DNA from: Hydrolagus colliei
Lineage: Eukaryota
Assembly (NCBI GenBank): GCA_035084275.1
Contig: CM068757.1
Span: 9,610,001 to 9,674,000, forward strand
DNA length: 64,000 nucleotides
Direction of reading: 5' to 3'
Shown here: in pieces, positions 37,701-49,186 of the stretch
How positions within the stretch are numbered: the stretch's first letter is position 1
Layout of the letters: every line of letters starts with the position of its first letter
Notes under the pieces: model-generated
Databases searched by the model: none
What the model saw: only the letters and a program-made list of their open reading frames with translations
What the model was told of the DNA's origin: nothing
Program-made: the position numbers and the translations under genes

Positions 37701-40422
37701 GTAATAATTATAGACCAAGACATCAGGAGGATTCCCTTCTCTCTTCGAATATTCCTGTGAGATCTTTAACATCCACTTGAACACGCGGACGGGACCTCGG
37801 TTTAACATCTCATCCAAAGGATGTTTCGCTGCAGCTGGGAGGGAACAGCTTTAATCCTATCAACACATTTTACAGAGAATATAAAGATTTTGAGCAAATT
37901 ATACAGGACAGAATTACTATAGCGTGCTGTGCTTATGTATCAGCCTGGCCCAGTTGGTAGCACTCTTGTCTCTCTGTGTCAGAAGGTAATGGTTGACCCT
38001 CTCAGTGCAGTGCTGCTGCAATGTTTACAACATGTTTCCATTTGATAATTCCTGCTTAAAAAATACCCAGGGTGTGTCTGTGAGACCATAGTGTCCTGTT
38101 ACTATATATGTCACTCCGGGGACATATAGGATGTTTCAAAAGTCTTTACTGGGGTGATTCTGAGCCCGTGCTTTGAGGGATGTGACAGCTGAGAACGAAA
38201 GGGGGGCAGATGAGATTGAAAATAAAGGTCTAAAAGGCAAATCCACATGATCGTAATCTCTCATTTATCGTGTTTTCTCTCATTTATTAACAAATTCACA
38301 GAATGGCAGGGACAGGATTCACATTGAAGCCACCCCAGAACATCAGAGATCAGTCCTCTGGTCTATCGTTTAATCTTTTTTGCTAATTCGATAAATAACA
38401 TAGATAAAAAGTTTGAGAGAAAAAACTTTAAAATTCTTAATTGTCTTTTACACAGCTGTGAAACTGAAGATATAGGATGTTTTATATAAAGTTAAAAATT
38501 GAATGATACAGAGCAACAAACAGAAGCTTCAGTGTATATTTGTGCATGTGTTAAAGTCGGAAGAGAGAGTGTGTATGTGAGTGAGGGAGAGTGTGTTTAT
38601 AGACAAGCGAGAGATCGTGAAGGAGCCTGGGAATGAAACAAAGAGTAAGAGAGTGAATGGAAGAGAGAGCTCAGGCGGGAAGAGATAGAAGGAGTGACAT
38701 AGAGAGGTACTGTTTCACGCAGATAATAACTGTATCGATAAAACACACGTATTGCTAGTCAGAGTTGGGAAGTCACAGAGAGAATGGAAATGAGAGTTAA
38801 AGAGTGAATGAAAGAGAGAATGGGGAGGGAGGGCTAGAGAGAGTAATCAAAGTGCATCTCTTGAGTGGTATTGTCGATATCTCTCCTTTCGGATATGGGG
38901 CAGATCAGATCTCTGTAGCTGGGAAGCTCTCCCCACCACTAACTCAGACTCACCCATAATATCTGCCATCCGGCTACCTCCCTCTTCCCCTTCTCTCTTA
39001 TTCAGGGTTGTACCCCATCCCTGAAAGCACTTTGGAGGTATTTACCTGTGTGAAGGACACATTAATCATGTTAATTTATTGTTGTTCAATTTTGAGTATA
39101 TTAATATTGTTTTCTCAATATTAATCCTTTCTGAATAACTTTCTCGCAAATTGTTTCCATTTCAGAGCCAACAACAGCAGCTGGTTCAGAAGGGCAGTGA
39201 CTGAACACTACCAGTAGATCAACAACAGGGTAACTAGCTATGTCACTTGCTGTCTTCCAGTTCTCTCCAGTCACTTTGTTAATTAAAATAAACTTTATTG
39301 ATAAAATTAAGAGCTATGATGATGTGTTTGGGGATTAGAATGTGTTGTTTGGGTGATTAATATTTAGGAAATTCCTTTGCTTTAGATGGTGCAAATAATC
39401 GGTCTCCCAGGTACCAGACACGTGGTATCCCAAGAAAGCATGATGGCCAGTCTAACTTCTCGTCACACAAATACTGAGTGTTCGCTACAGCCACTGTCAT
39501 CATCTCAGCTTTCGATTCTGACAACCACAATGTGAATATTGATCAGCTTTGTCAATCGCTGAACAGCGATTAGTAATGTGTCAATTTTTCAGAAATATAA
39601 AGAATCTCTGAAATGGTAATTTGTTAAGACCTAAGGCTTAAAGTGGCGATGCTCTGCTTGTATCTCTTGATTAAGACGCTCGCATATTAATTTTGTTTTT
39701 GACTAAGGTGCTTCGGTTGGATGTTTCCCAGATTCCCGCTCTGAGTCAGTCAAATGATTCCCAAACCATAATACCTGTGAAGTGGGCACAGTGCTGTCCA
39801 GGGACATGCTGCCGGGTTGTCGGCGGATCTGGCTTTGTGACTGTGGCTTCCTTTCAATCCTGAGCATAAATTGGATCAACTTCCACATATATGCTTGGGA
39901 CGTCCTCCTGATGAGAAAGGCACTCTATAAATGTAATTGTGTTGTTGTTGTTTTGTTGTGACTGCACTGCACTCTCCTGGTTTGTGTCCTACATAACTAA
40001 CAGCCATCACTTGTCTCTGCAAATTATTTTTCCTATTGTCACCTGTGACGTACACCAAGGTTTCATCTTTGGTCCCCTACTTTTCTTTGTATATATGCTC
40101 TGCAGAGATTGGATCAACTTCCACATGTATGTTACTTCTCCTCCAGCTGCAACTCCAGGTCCACCAGTGTATGCAGGTTGCTGCTGTTTAATCCATAAAG
40201 CCATGGGTTTTGACAGCATGTGTGGTTTAGTGGCTTGACCTGGATTCATTTCTTGAAACAGTGGGCCCTTTTGTGTCATGTTATTTAGATGAGATATTAA
40301 ACCCTCTTTGTACTTGTGCAGATGGCAAGAAGTTGGCTACAATGCTGTATTTTACTGTCATCTTGACTGGTGTTTTATTATTATGTATTATTATTGTATT
40401 ATTATGTAGTACTATTACGTAA
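16324..40422 (+). CDS. NCR3LG1: Complete B7-H6/NCR3LG1-like gene model: leader-V-C1/TM-7 x intracellular C1-like-(TM2). Join 16324-16396, 18035-18376, 21221-21670, 22099-22521, 24156-24563, 25447-25860, 26847-27269, 28807-29238, 30412-30822, 35799-36218, 40322-40422 = 3897 nt, 1298 aa
   Basis: All introns are GT-AG and phase 1. All internal exons have lengths divisible by 3 and open frames. V and C1 carry B7-H6 signature motifs as I recall them from the human protein. The choice of last exon is uncertain (alternatives 39166 or 49633). Confidence 0.75.
16810..17700 (-). mobile_element. Degenerate L2 fragments in intron 1 (also 47340-48230)
   Basis: MYADDTQLHLS and L2 3' tail remnants. Confidence 0.7.
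18035..18376 (+). CDS. NCR3LG1: Ig V-set exon, B7-H6-like
   Basis: acacag|at ... g|gtaagc, 342 nt; LNEDVVLQCNV, AVRW, GDASLHLPKVQISEAGVYKC motifs match B7-H6 V. Confidence 0.9.
21221..21670 (+). CDS. NCR3LG1: Ig C1-set plus transmembrane exon, B7-H6-like
   Basis: ctacag|ct ... g|gtaagg, 450 nt; MCDVNGFYPE, ISW, NEDKTFNLSSKLK, YRCVVKH; TM AVIGGVIGVVLIVIVVFVFAALYFW followed by KKTKQ. Confidence 0.9.
22099..22521 (+). CDS. Post-TM C1-like domain D1 (type B)
   Basis: ccacag|ct ... g|gtaaga, 423 nt; APPKI...LSWEVTRFKP...PQCDQLENGTFRVKC...DDGAQITMQVHH. Confidence 0.85.
23842..24135 (+). mobile_element. tRNA-derived SINE with L2-like tail (another at about 61926-62210; many fragments elsewhere)
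   Basis: A box TAGCTCAGTGG, B box GTTCAATTC, tail gcgctatataaa...attatt. Confidence 0.75.
24156..24563 (+). CDS. Post-TM C1-like domain D2
   Basis: ttacag|ct ... g|gtaaac, 408 nt; APPTM...LTWEVNGFNP...GTFSVKC...DAEFTVEVKH. Confidence 0.85.
25447..25860 (+). CDS. Post-TM C1-like domain D3 (type A)
   Basis: ttatag|ct ... g|gtaagt, 414 nt; APPII...LSWSVIRFNP...GTFIVNC...DDGAEFTVEVQH. Confidence 0.85.
26847..27269 (+). CDS. Post-TM C1-like domain D4 (type B)
   Basis: ttgtag|tt ... g|gtaggt, 423 nt; VPPKI...LQWAVTGFTPGK...PKCEHDNKEGTFRVNC...DDGAELIVQVQH. Confidence 0.85.
28807..29238 (+). CDS. Post-TM C1-like domain D5 (type B)
   Basis: tgatag|ct ... g|gtaggt, 432 nt; keeps the B-strand Cys (VTCVVTGFTP) but lacks the F-strand Cys (NGAELSVEVHH). 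Confidence 0.85.
29462..29760 (+). mobile_element. Deu-domain SINE (SacSINE1-like); fragments recur in each cassette
   Basis: tRNA-like head plus ggtgccgtcctttaaatgagatgttaaac...gatcccatagcgctatt core, recognised from memory of DeuSINE consensus. Confidence 0.55.
30412..30822 (+). CDS. Post-TM C1-like domain D6 (type A)
   Basis: tttatag|ct ... g|gtaagt, 411 nt; ASPTI...LKWSVTGFHP...GNFRVNC...DDGAEFIVKVKH. Confidence 0.85.
30956..31530 (-). mobile_element. Truncated copy of the same Tc2-type MITE
   Basis: Reverse complement of 1162-1620; one TIR ends at 31530, followed by TA. Confidence 0.75.
34214..35375 (-). mobile_element. Tigger-like element, duplicated copy
   Basis: Same TIRs and insertion site as 5581. 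Confidence 0.75.
35799..36218 (+). CDS. Post-TM C1-like domain D7 (type A)
   Basis: tttatag|ac ... g|gtaagt, 420 nt; near-identical to the exons at 88, 3839 and 7158. Confidence 0.85.
39166..39229 (+). CDS. Candidate stop-containing mini-exon (EPTTAAGSEGQ*)
   Basis: Duplicate of 10525-10588; TGA at 39198-39200. Confidence 0.35.
40322..40422 (+). CDS. Candidate terminal TM2 exon
   Basis: Duplicate of 11681-11781; gtgcag|at acceptor; closes the reading frame after D7. Confidence 0.5.
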
Positions 40423-43400
40423 ATATATAATTTTAAGCCAATTTTTGGTGTGGAAGCTGCACTTCTTTATCCAAGTCTCTTGTTCACCAATGTGGTCAAG
40501 AAGCAGTGAGTGGGAGAAGGAATGTTTTATGATAGTTTTTGTGCTATAAACCAGTGGTGGTGTTGCAGCTTGTGAGTTGAAGAAAATGTAAAGTAAGTAA
40601 GTATAAAGATATCTGTCGTAGCTGCTGCACTTCATGCAGGACAGTCGAAAGATAAAGAAACAAGAATACTCCCAAGAAGAAGAAAGAAACACAAGTTTTG
40701 CTGTGGTAAAATACCTTTCTGTATCTCACACATTGCTGTATACCGTATAAACTTTTCTTAAAAGGTTTTCTGTGAGCTTGATTATCTCCGTGTCCATAAA
40801 CATAACAAGACTTAATGTCAAAACAGGTCAATCGTTTCAATTCAATGAAACATAAATAAATGAAACTAAGGGAAGCAGCAGTGGGAGTTGCAGAAATGAA
40901 GAGGGTAGGAATCATATTCTGCTTGTCAAACAGTGAAGTTTTTGGGGCGTGGGAGGTCAGTCTGATGTCCAACACATATTGAAACCCACCACCAGGCTTA
41001 GGAGTAACTGTGATTTCTATACATTCTATCTGTATGGAAATCCCAGAGATAGATTGTTGGAACGCCATGCACACTGTCTCCCTGGAGGGATGCATTCTGC
41101 TCAACTAATTCTGGAAAGTATGAGGCGCAGATGGGGAAGAGCCATTCTATGGGGAACATGCGTTGGGGTAACTGCTGGAGTTTAACCAGCTAAAGCCAGC
41201 ATAGCTTGCCATTGATATTGCTGCCTGGCAAGCTTTCTCACAACATATCCAGCTAGGACCACCATACCGGATAATAGCCAAGCCTTTACATACCCCAGAG
41301 TGGACACACGTAAAGCAAAAATATGAATAATAAATTGGTCACTAAATCCCTGACTGTTTGTGGGACATTATTTGTGTGCAATTGGCTGTCACGTTTTGCC
41401 TACAATATATATAATCAATATATATATGTAAATGTGAGATGGCTTGAAGACATAATCGGTTAGTATATCAAATTCAACGATTATTATGACATATTGTATG
41501 GAATGTAACTATCCCCAAAACCAGGCCTGGCATCTCTCTGAGCCACTGGTGATCTTCAGACAGTTTGTTGGATGGGAAGGACCTGCGCCTGCGCCTGTCT
41601 GGGTTGGGCACTGATCAAGGAGCCTCTTTAAGGAAGGAATGTCACTGATTGTGTGAGTCTCCGGACAAGCGATGCCTGGAGCCCAGAAAGGAGTCTTTGC
41701 TTCAAGTGCAAATGAACAGTGATGTTTCAGGGCTGTGACTGGGTGTTGGCAGAAGCCAGAACAACACGAGAGGAATGTCAGGGCTGTGTGTGCTGTGGTC
41801 ACACGCATCCCTGAGTCTATTGCTGGGGTGTCTGATCTCACCGGCAGGTAAAGTGTGTCAGCGGAGGCGGCCAGAGGTGTCCAAGCCAGAGGGTAGAGCA
41901 GCCTCCCCGCTCCCTTTGTAACATGAACAGCCGGAGTAGCCCCGCTGTGTGTTAATGAGAGTCGCTGCAATGGGCTTCGTTATCACTCTGGAAACTGAAC
42001 CTGATGTCAACTTACATCACAACCCTCACACACCTGTACATCCACACAACATATACGCACAACATATGCACACCCACAACATATACACACACCACTCACA
42101 TGTAACATACACACACAAACCATATATACACACACACAAACAACATACACATGTTCACTCACCAGCTAACATTAACCTATGTGTACTTTGCTGGACTTTC
42201 CAAAGCTTGGAAAGTGTTGAATCCTCAACTTGCGAAAAAATCATACGACTTTTCTATATTCTGCTAAATGACAAGTTTAAACTCCTGTCTGGGTTGGGAA
42301 CTGATCATGGAATTGATCCAAAGTGGCCGGAGATGCCGAAGGGACATCGATTATTGTAGAGCAGTGATTCTCGGTCAGGCGGCTGAGTTTCAGAGGATTT
42401 GGTAACGATCCGATCAATATACTAATGGGCTTCTTGTCACCATGTGTTGTATGTAACCTTAATGTTTGTTGGCAGTGTTTGCTGACACAGTAAGTACAGT
42501 ACTGCCACCTCCTGGTAATAATACAATATATAATAATCCTGTATTTAATATAGCGCCTTATTATGTATAGACACTCACACACATATACATTGTCACATCT
42601 GGATCTTTGGATCTAACATTAGGAAACCCAACCCCTCGCTCAGTTGATTTACTGAATAAATCAGAGCTTCTCTCAGAAAATGGAACAGAAGTTGGCGAGA
42701 TCTGTTTGTGGATTACAATGTATTGTTTGGGTGATTAATATATTGAAATTCCCTTTGGTTTAGATGGTGGATATTAAGTTTCAGTTTTCCAGCCGCCAGG
42801 CGGATGGTTTGTGAGGATAGCGCGATCCCAATCTCTACTTGCTACACACACACACACTACACATCCACTGAGTGTTCGCAACAGCCACAGTCATCGTCAC
42901 GACTTTTGATTCTGACAACCACATTGTGAATATCGATCAGCTTTGTCAGTCACTGAACGGTGATTAGAAATGTATCCGTTTTGCAGAATTTTGGAGAATC
43001 ACCGTGAATTGTGTTTATGCCCTTCAGGCCATTTGTTCGACAGTAAATTAGCTGTAATCTTTGCTGTGATCTTAGGGTTAATGTATAAGTGCTTTGCTGT
43101 AGTCTGTTATTAAACGCTCACACACTAGTTGTGTTTTTCACTGAGGTGCTTCGGCTGCATGTTTCCCAGATTCCTGCTCCGTGTCCGTTGGTAGAAAGAA
43201 TCCCAAACCATGACACACCTCACCGACAGTGAACCCATGGCCTGTGCCCTGTGAACAACTACAGCAAGTTACATTGGTATAGCTGGATGTGGCTTCATAA
43301 ATGTGACTTCTTGTCAACGCTGAGTAATACGGCTGATATCTTCCAGGGGGCATCCTGTTTAACTCATGCCAAAGATTGGAGACCCCAGTGTGTGCGTTGG

Positions 43401-44229
43401 GATATTGCTGGAGTTTAACCAGCGAAATTCCTGTAGCTTGCCATTCACAACATCATCTGGTGTGAATGGCAAGGGCCCAGCAGGGCAAAACTTTGGACAA
43501 GATTTTTTACTCTATACGCGTCTGATTACCTAGCAGTAAGTAGGAACCTGGGTATTATTTGATTGGCAGATCACTTTACGGTGGGGGGGGGGGGGGGGTG
43601 TAATAATCCCTTTCAAAAAAACTTATACTAGTAATTTATTTGCTCACTGAATCCACGACTGGCTGTGGGACACTGTTGGTATGATTGGCTGCCGTGGTTC
43701 ACCCACAAAATATAGTCAACATATTTTACACTATATTCTGATTGGCTCGTATCAGCGCCTCCGCACCTCAGGCACTGGCAACATCAGCATTCAAGGCTGC
43801 ACTCTCCACCTCTCAAAGCCAGTCAGGAATTTGGGCGTCTTGTTCGACCCCGAATTGTCCTTCCTCCCCCAAATCCCAGCGCCTTGGGATGTCCTCCCGT
43901 CGTGAAAGGTGATCTATAAATGTAATTGTGTTGTTGTTGTGATTGTAAGGCGCTGTAGCCAATACAGGGATTATTATTATTATTATTATTATAACAATAT
44001 CTACATTGCAAAGGTTATTGTTGCTGTGAACATCACTACGATTAAATAAGTTGATCTGTCAAGTGCTTTCACACACTATATCTCCCTGCTGTGCTTCTCC
44101 TCGGTTCCTCTTTTCTTTTTCCCACAAATGACGATAACTCGGGATCTGTGTTCCCAGTTTAAAGCTAATCTGCTGTGAATACAATGATAGCGTTAAACAC
44201 CATCCCTTTCCGAAAAATCATATACCAGT

Positions 44230-44240
44230 GAAAGTGAAAG
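44230..44240 (+). promoter_or_regulatory. IRF-E/ISRE upstream of the orphan leader; the adjacent GAS is mutated (TTCCGAAAA, 44208-44216)
   Basis: Direct comparison with 16197-16231. Confidence 0.5.
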
Positions 44241-44334
44241 CACAGCCCCAGTCAGTGCGGCTGGAAGCTGGAGAGAGAGAGTGAGAGACACACAGAGAGA
44301 GACAGACATGTTGAGGGGGACAAACTCGGCTATA

Positions 44335-44407
44335 ATGTCCTCACCCGGTGGAGCTGCCAGGGCGCTGACCCTCGTCCTGATCCTTGGGGCTTGGATTGCA
44401 GGATCAG
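44335..44407 (+). CDS. Intact leader exon with promoter but no downstream V exon
   Basis: Same 73-nt leader and g|gtacag donor as 16324; no V-like ORF before the next leader at 56542. Confidence 0.6.
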
Positions 44408-44704
44408 GTACAGAAAATGCGCAAACGTTAGACTGATTTGCTGTCTCTCAGCGTGGGGAGGGGGAGGGGGTTGGGGGGAGTTGTGGGGGAGTCACAGCCT
44501 GAAGCGTTCTGTGTTTGGAGTTTAGCTGATAATATCAAACACTGTATGAAGAACCCAAAACGGTGTTTGGGTTGTACAACTGGCGACCCGTGCATTCATT
44601 TGTTCATTCATTGATTTCTTTCGAGGCTTGGGACGATTAGATAATATTAAAGCAGAATATTATGAGTAGTAACCATACAGTGTCTTTCATTAACAGATTA
44701 TATT

Positions 44705-46103
44705 CTTTCAACTCACTCAATCCTTGAACCCCTCCAATCAGGTTTCCGCCCTGTTCACAGCTCGGAAACTGCCCTGGTCAAGGTCACTAATGACATCTTA
44801 ACCGCCTGCGACCAGGGCTCCCTCTGCCTCCTCGTCCTCCTTGACCTGTCTGCTGCGTTCGACACAGTCGATCACACCATCCTCCTCCAACGTCTTTCCT
44901 CCCACCTCAACCTTCAAGGCACAGTCCTTCACTGGTTCCATTCCTACCTGACCCACCGCCTATACTTTGTATCTTCCAACGGTTTCTCCTCAAACCCCCG
45001 CATAGTTTCTCACGGCGTCCCTCAGGGCTCTGTCCTCGCCCCCTCCTTTTCACCATTTACACGCTCCCTCTGGGCGATGTCATCCGCAAACATGGGGTAA
45101 ATTTCCACGTGTATGTGCATGACACCCAACTGTACCTTTCTGCCTCATCCCTCAACCCCCAGACCATCGATGTTCTGACAGCATGTCTGTCCGACATCGA
45201 GTCCTGGACGAGGGGCAACTTCCTCCAATTGAACGTGAGTAAGACCGAGGCCCTCCTGATCGGCTCAAGCCAGCGCTTCCGCACATCGGGCGCTGCCAGC
45301 CTCAACATCCAAGGCTGTTCTTTCCACCTCACAAAGCCAGTCAGGAACCTCGGCATCAAGTTCGACCAAAAACTCTCCTTCCTCCCCCACATCCGTGCCT
45401 TGACCGGCACCGCTTACTTCCACCTACGCAACATTGCCAGGCTCCGCGACTATCTTACCCCCCCACGCTGCCGAAACACTCGTGCACGCGTACATCACCT
45501 CAAGGCTGGACTACGGAAACTCTCTCCTCGTCGGCCTCCCCAGTTCCTCCATTCACAGGCTGCAGGCCATTCAAAACTCTGCAGCCCGTGGTATTATCCC
45601 GCACCCGCCTCCGCGACCACATAACACCCACCCTCGCCCGTCTCCACTGGCTCCCCATCCTCCAGAGGATCGAGTTCAAGATCCTCGTCCTCACCTTCAA
45701 GGCCTTACATGGCCTTGCCCCGCCCTATTTAGCCAACTTGCTCTCCCCCTACAAGCCCACCCGGACCCTCCGTTCAGCAGGACTTGGCTTGCTCCAAGAC
45801 CTCCGCCCGAACCGCCCCACCATCGGAGGCCGGGCCTTCAGTTTTTCTGCTCCGACCTTATGGAATTCCATCCCCCAATCCCTGCGTCTTGTTTCTTCCC
45901 TTTCCTCTTTCAAGGCCGGTTTGATGACTTTCCTCTTCGACCGTGCCTTTTGATCCACCCCGAATTCTTCGACCTCCCCTACGCGTTTCACTCCTTCCCG
46001 TACACTCCCCTCCCAGCTCGGGTCACACGCCTCCTGTGCAGCGCCTTGGGACGTCCTCCCGGCGTGAAAGGTGCTTTATAAGTGTAATTTGTTGTCGTTG
46101 TTG
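44705..46103 (+). mobile_element. L2 LINE 3' part (RT remnant)
   Basis: [23 protein letters not shown]...[31 protein letters not shown]; (ttg)n tail. Confidence 0.9.
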
Positions 46104-46903
46104 TTCCTTGCCTGACACCATGGAGATGTGAAGAGGTGACAAATGGATGCTTGGTCTAGCTGTTCACAACATAAATAGAAAAGGAAATTGGAAACTGCTG
46201 GGAATCGCTCTGGACTGTTACACAATGTTCTGCTGTGTGTTGGCGGTGAGGTCAGGTCTATAACTCAATGTTCAGCAACGTCTCTCTTCAGTCTTTCTAT
46301 TCTCTCCCCACAGTAACCCCCCCCCCCCCCCACCCCCTGTTATTTCAGGGGCCACCAGCGCAAACAGGAAGCGTTTTGGAGCTGGAGCAAGGAACAGACA
46401 TTTTGTAATCTCAGTTTCTAATTTGCTCTATCAGCAGTTGGCTATCAGGTTAACATGGAGGGGAAATCGGGTGGGGTTTTAACTCCAAAGTTCAAGAGAA
46501 CTCTCTGCAGCCTGTGTAAATTACGTTGTTGTGATGGATACTGTATGATATTAAGTTGAAGTATTACGCAGTGGGGTAAACTTGTTCAAGGTGAGCAAAG
46601 TCACATGCGCAGTCAAGAAAATAATGAAACTACCCAATTGAGCATTTACCAACAACAAATTGGAATTGTATAAACCCTTTAATGTGGGTAAAATATCACA
46701 AGGCACTGGGCAAACAGGGTTACGACCGAAGCAGGGGTTGGGATCAGTAGGGATGGAGATCAGGTAGGATAGGGGTAAAATGGTGACCAAAGGCACGGTT
46801 GAGCAGGAGGTTCTTGAGACTTGCTTTAAAGGAGGTAAGTGAGTGCACAAGGCTGCAGGTTCTGAATGAATAGCATTCATGTGGGGGCACAAACTCGGCT
46901 ATA

Positions 46904-46964
46904 ATGTCCTCACCCGGAGGAGCTGCCAAGGCGCTGATCCTCGGGGCTTGGATTGCAGGATCAG
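46904..46964 (+). pseudogene. Promoterless leader exon with an in-frame 12-nt deletion (MSSPGGAAKALILGAWIAGS); its intron copy is truncated near 48465, just before where V would start
   Basis: TLVL lost at a ctga microhomology; 47.1-48.46 kb matches 16.5-17.94 kb and then breaks. Confidence 0.7.
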
Positions 46965-48894
46965 GTACAGAAAATGTGCAAACGTTAGACTGATTTGCTG
47001 CTGGATCCCACCGCTGAGCGAGACACAGAGTCGTGTTATCAGCACCGCTAACTGGAGGCTGCCCTCGGGGAGCGGTAGGGGTGTTGGGGGACACAGCCTG
47101 AAGGGTCTGTGTTTGGGGTTTAGCTGATGATATCAAATATCAAGGGCCTCTTGGATGGTAAACAGGCGGCCCACAGGCCGGATTCCTTTATCAATTTATT
47201 TGATTCTCCCCAGCAAGTTATAAGGGAAAAAACCAAGCCCTGTTTTGTGTGGGAGGCGAGGTCTTCAACTTAATGATCAACACGGACTCTCTACAATCTG
47301 CACAAATTGTATTGTTGCTATGTGCTGCATATAATATTAAGTTACAGTGAAGCACTGGGGCAGATACATTGGAAAGATTGAAGAGTCTCAGTTATGAGTA
47401 CCAATAGCGCCCTTGATGAAGGAACCATCTTGGTGGAATCAACAAGGGACAGTGAGGCTAGGGAAAAGAGAGTGACTGAAGGCGTGGTTGAATTGAAGGG
47501 TCTTGAGACTTGGCTTGATGGAGGCAATGGAGTGAGCAAGGCAAAGGGAATGTAGGATGGAGTTATAAAGAGTGGGGGCAGAGAGGCTGAAGGGTGGTGG
47601 AGCGTGCAGGGGGGAGGACACAAATGAGGCCAGAGCCTGTTGAGTGGAGGAGAAGACAGATCCAATTGGAGTTAGCACGTCTCAGACACAGGGAGGAGCA
47701 AAGCCGTGGAGGGCTTTGAAGGTGATGAAAAAATAATTTTTAATTCTATCATCTGGGGAATGGGGAGCCAGAGGAGCCGAGTCAGAGTGATAGGGTCAAG
47801 GATTCCGGTGTGGGAGAGAATACAAGCTGCAGGTTGTGAATGAATGGCTGCTTGAGGAGGGAAGAGTTGGGAAACCGATGAGCAGGAATTTGGAGTTGTC
47901 CAATCTAAATGTAAATAAATGCATGGATGAGGAACTCAGTGGGTGGGGGGGGGGGGGAGTCAGGTGATTAGTACATGGAGGTAGGGTGCCATCGAGGGTG
48001 GAGGCAGAGAGATGGAGTTGGGTGTCATCTGCATACATTTGGAAGCTAACCCCATGTAGATAACATCGTGGTGGGGTATGAGCAGCTTGGAGAGGTGGGC
48101 AATAAGTGATTTGAAAGTGAGAAGGAGGATATTCTAATCAATCCATTCTGCAACAAGCAGCCAGTGAGGGCTTGCAGACACGGGGGTAATGGGGGTGCGG
48201 AGTCTCAAATACGTGAGGCACAGTCAGCAGAGTTTTGACACAAGCCTCAACCCCTCATTCTCTGGATAACCTGTGGGGTACAATTCAATAGGCACTAGCT
48301 GTGCTGCAGTGCTCTGCCTAAACGGCCATTAATTGCAAATGCACATGAGCATGCTGTTTAACATTCACCCCTTGGTATTGTCACCAAACCCTTGGGTAGG
48401 ACTAGATTTTCTTGCTTCAATATTCTTGAAGCAGTAGCTCATCCCAACCTATGAATTTTAATACACTTCAAATGTTCGTTAAAACAAAAAAAACTCAGCG
48501 ATCGACTGACTTTAAAAACTCTTTTCGATTGGAAATCCTATCTGATTAACCACGATTTTAGACCAGAGAGTGAGGGAGGGAGGGAAGGGAGGTGGTGAGT
48601 TGACTTTTAAGGGAACATACATTTTTATCAGAAGAATAATGCTAGGTAGGATCCTGTCAGGTTTCAAATGTTGTTCAGACTTTTAAGGCAGATTGCTCTG
48701 TGTTTGAGCAGTTTGTATTTATATACATTATATATATGTTAAAAAAAACACACATGATGAATTGGGGTTTAAAGTCGGATTCCAGGAACTTGTAACGAGG
48801 AAAAGGAGAGACAGAGAGAGAGAGAAAGACTTGGAAAAGTCACCTTAAACTCCTATCCAGATTTGTACTCGACTGCTAACGGTAAGGGTACAGA

Positions 48895-49186
48895 TATACC
48901 TGCCTCTCTCCCTCTCTCTCTCCCGGGCTGCCGGCCTGCCTTTCTCCCTCTCTCTCTCCTGGGCTGCCGGCCTGCCGCTCTCCCTCTCTCTCTCTCCCTG
49001 CATCCCTCTCTCCCTCCCTGGCTGACAAGCTGCCTCTCTCTCTCCCTACCTACCTGTCTCTCCTGTCTCTCCTCCCTTCTGCCGACAATATCATTGAAAA
49101 TGCTTCCGGTTTTTTTCACCAAGAAAAGGTCAAAAACGGGGGGTGCGCCTTATACGCGGGTGCGCCTTATACGCGGAGATATACGG
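48895..49186 (-). mobile_element. Truncated copy of the same Tc2-type MITE
   Basis: One TIR ends at 49186, followed by TA. Confidence 0.7.

Larger units (their letters stand above)
32931..44540 (+). repeat. Segmental duplication, copy 2
   Basis: As for copy 1. Confidence 0.9.

Noticed and set aside
21670-40422. ITIM/ITAM/ITSM motifs in the predicted tail
   Set aside because: No convincing match seen by eye; Tyr is scarce in D1-D7
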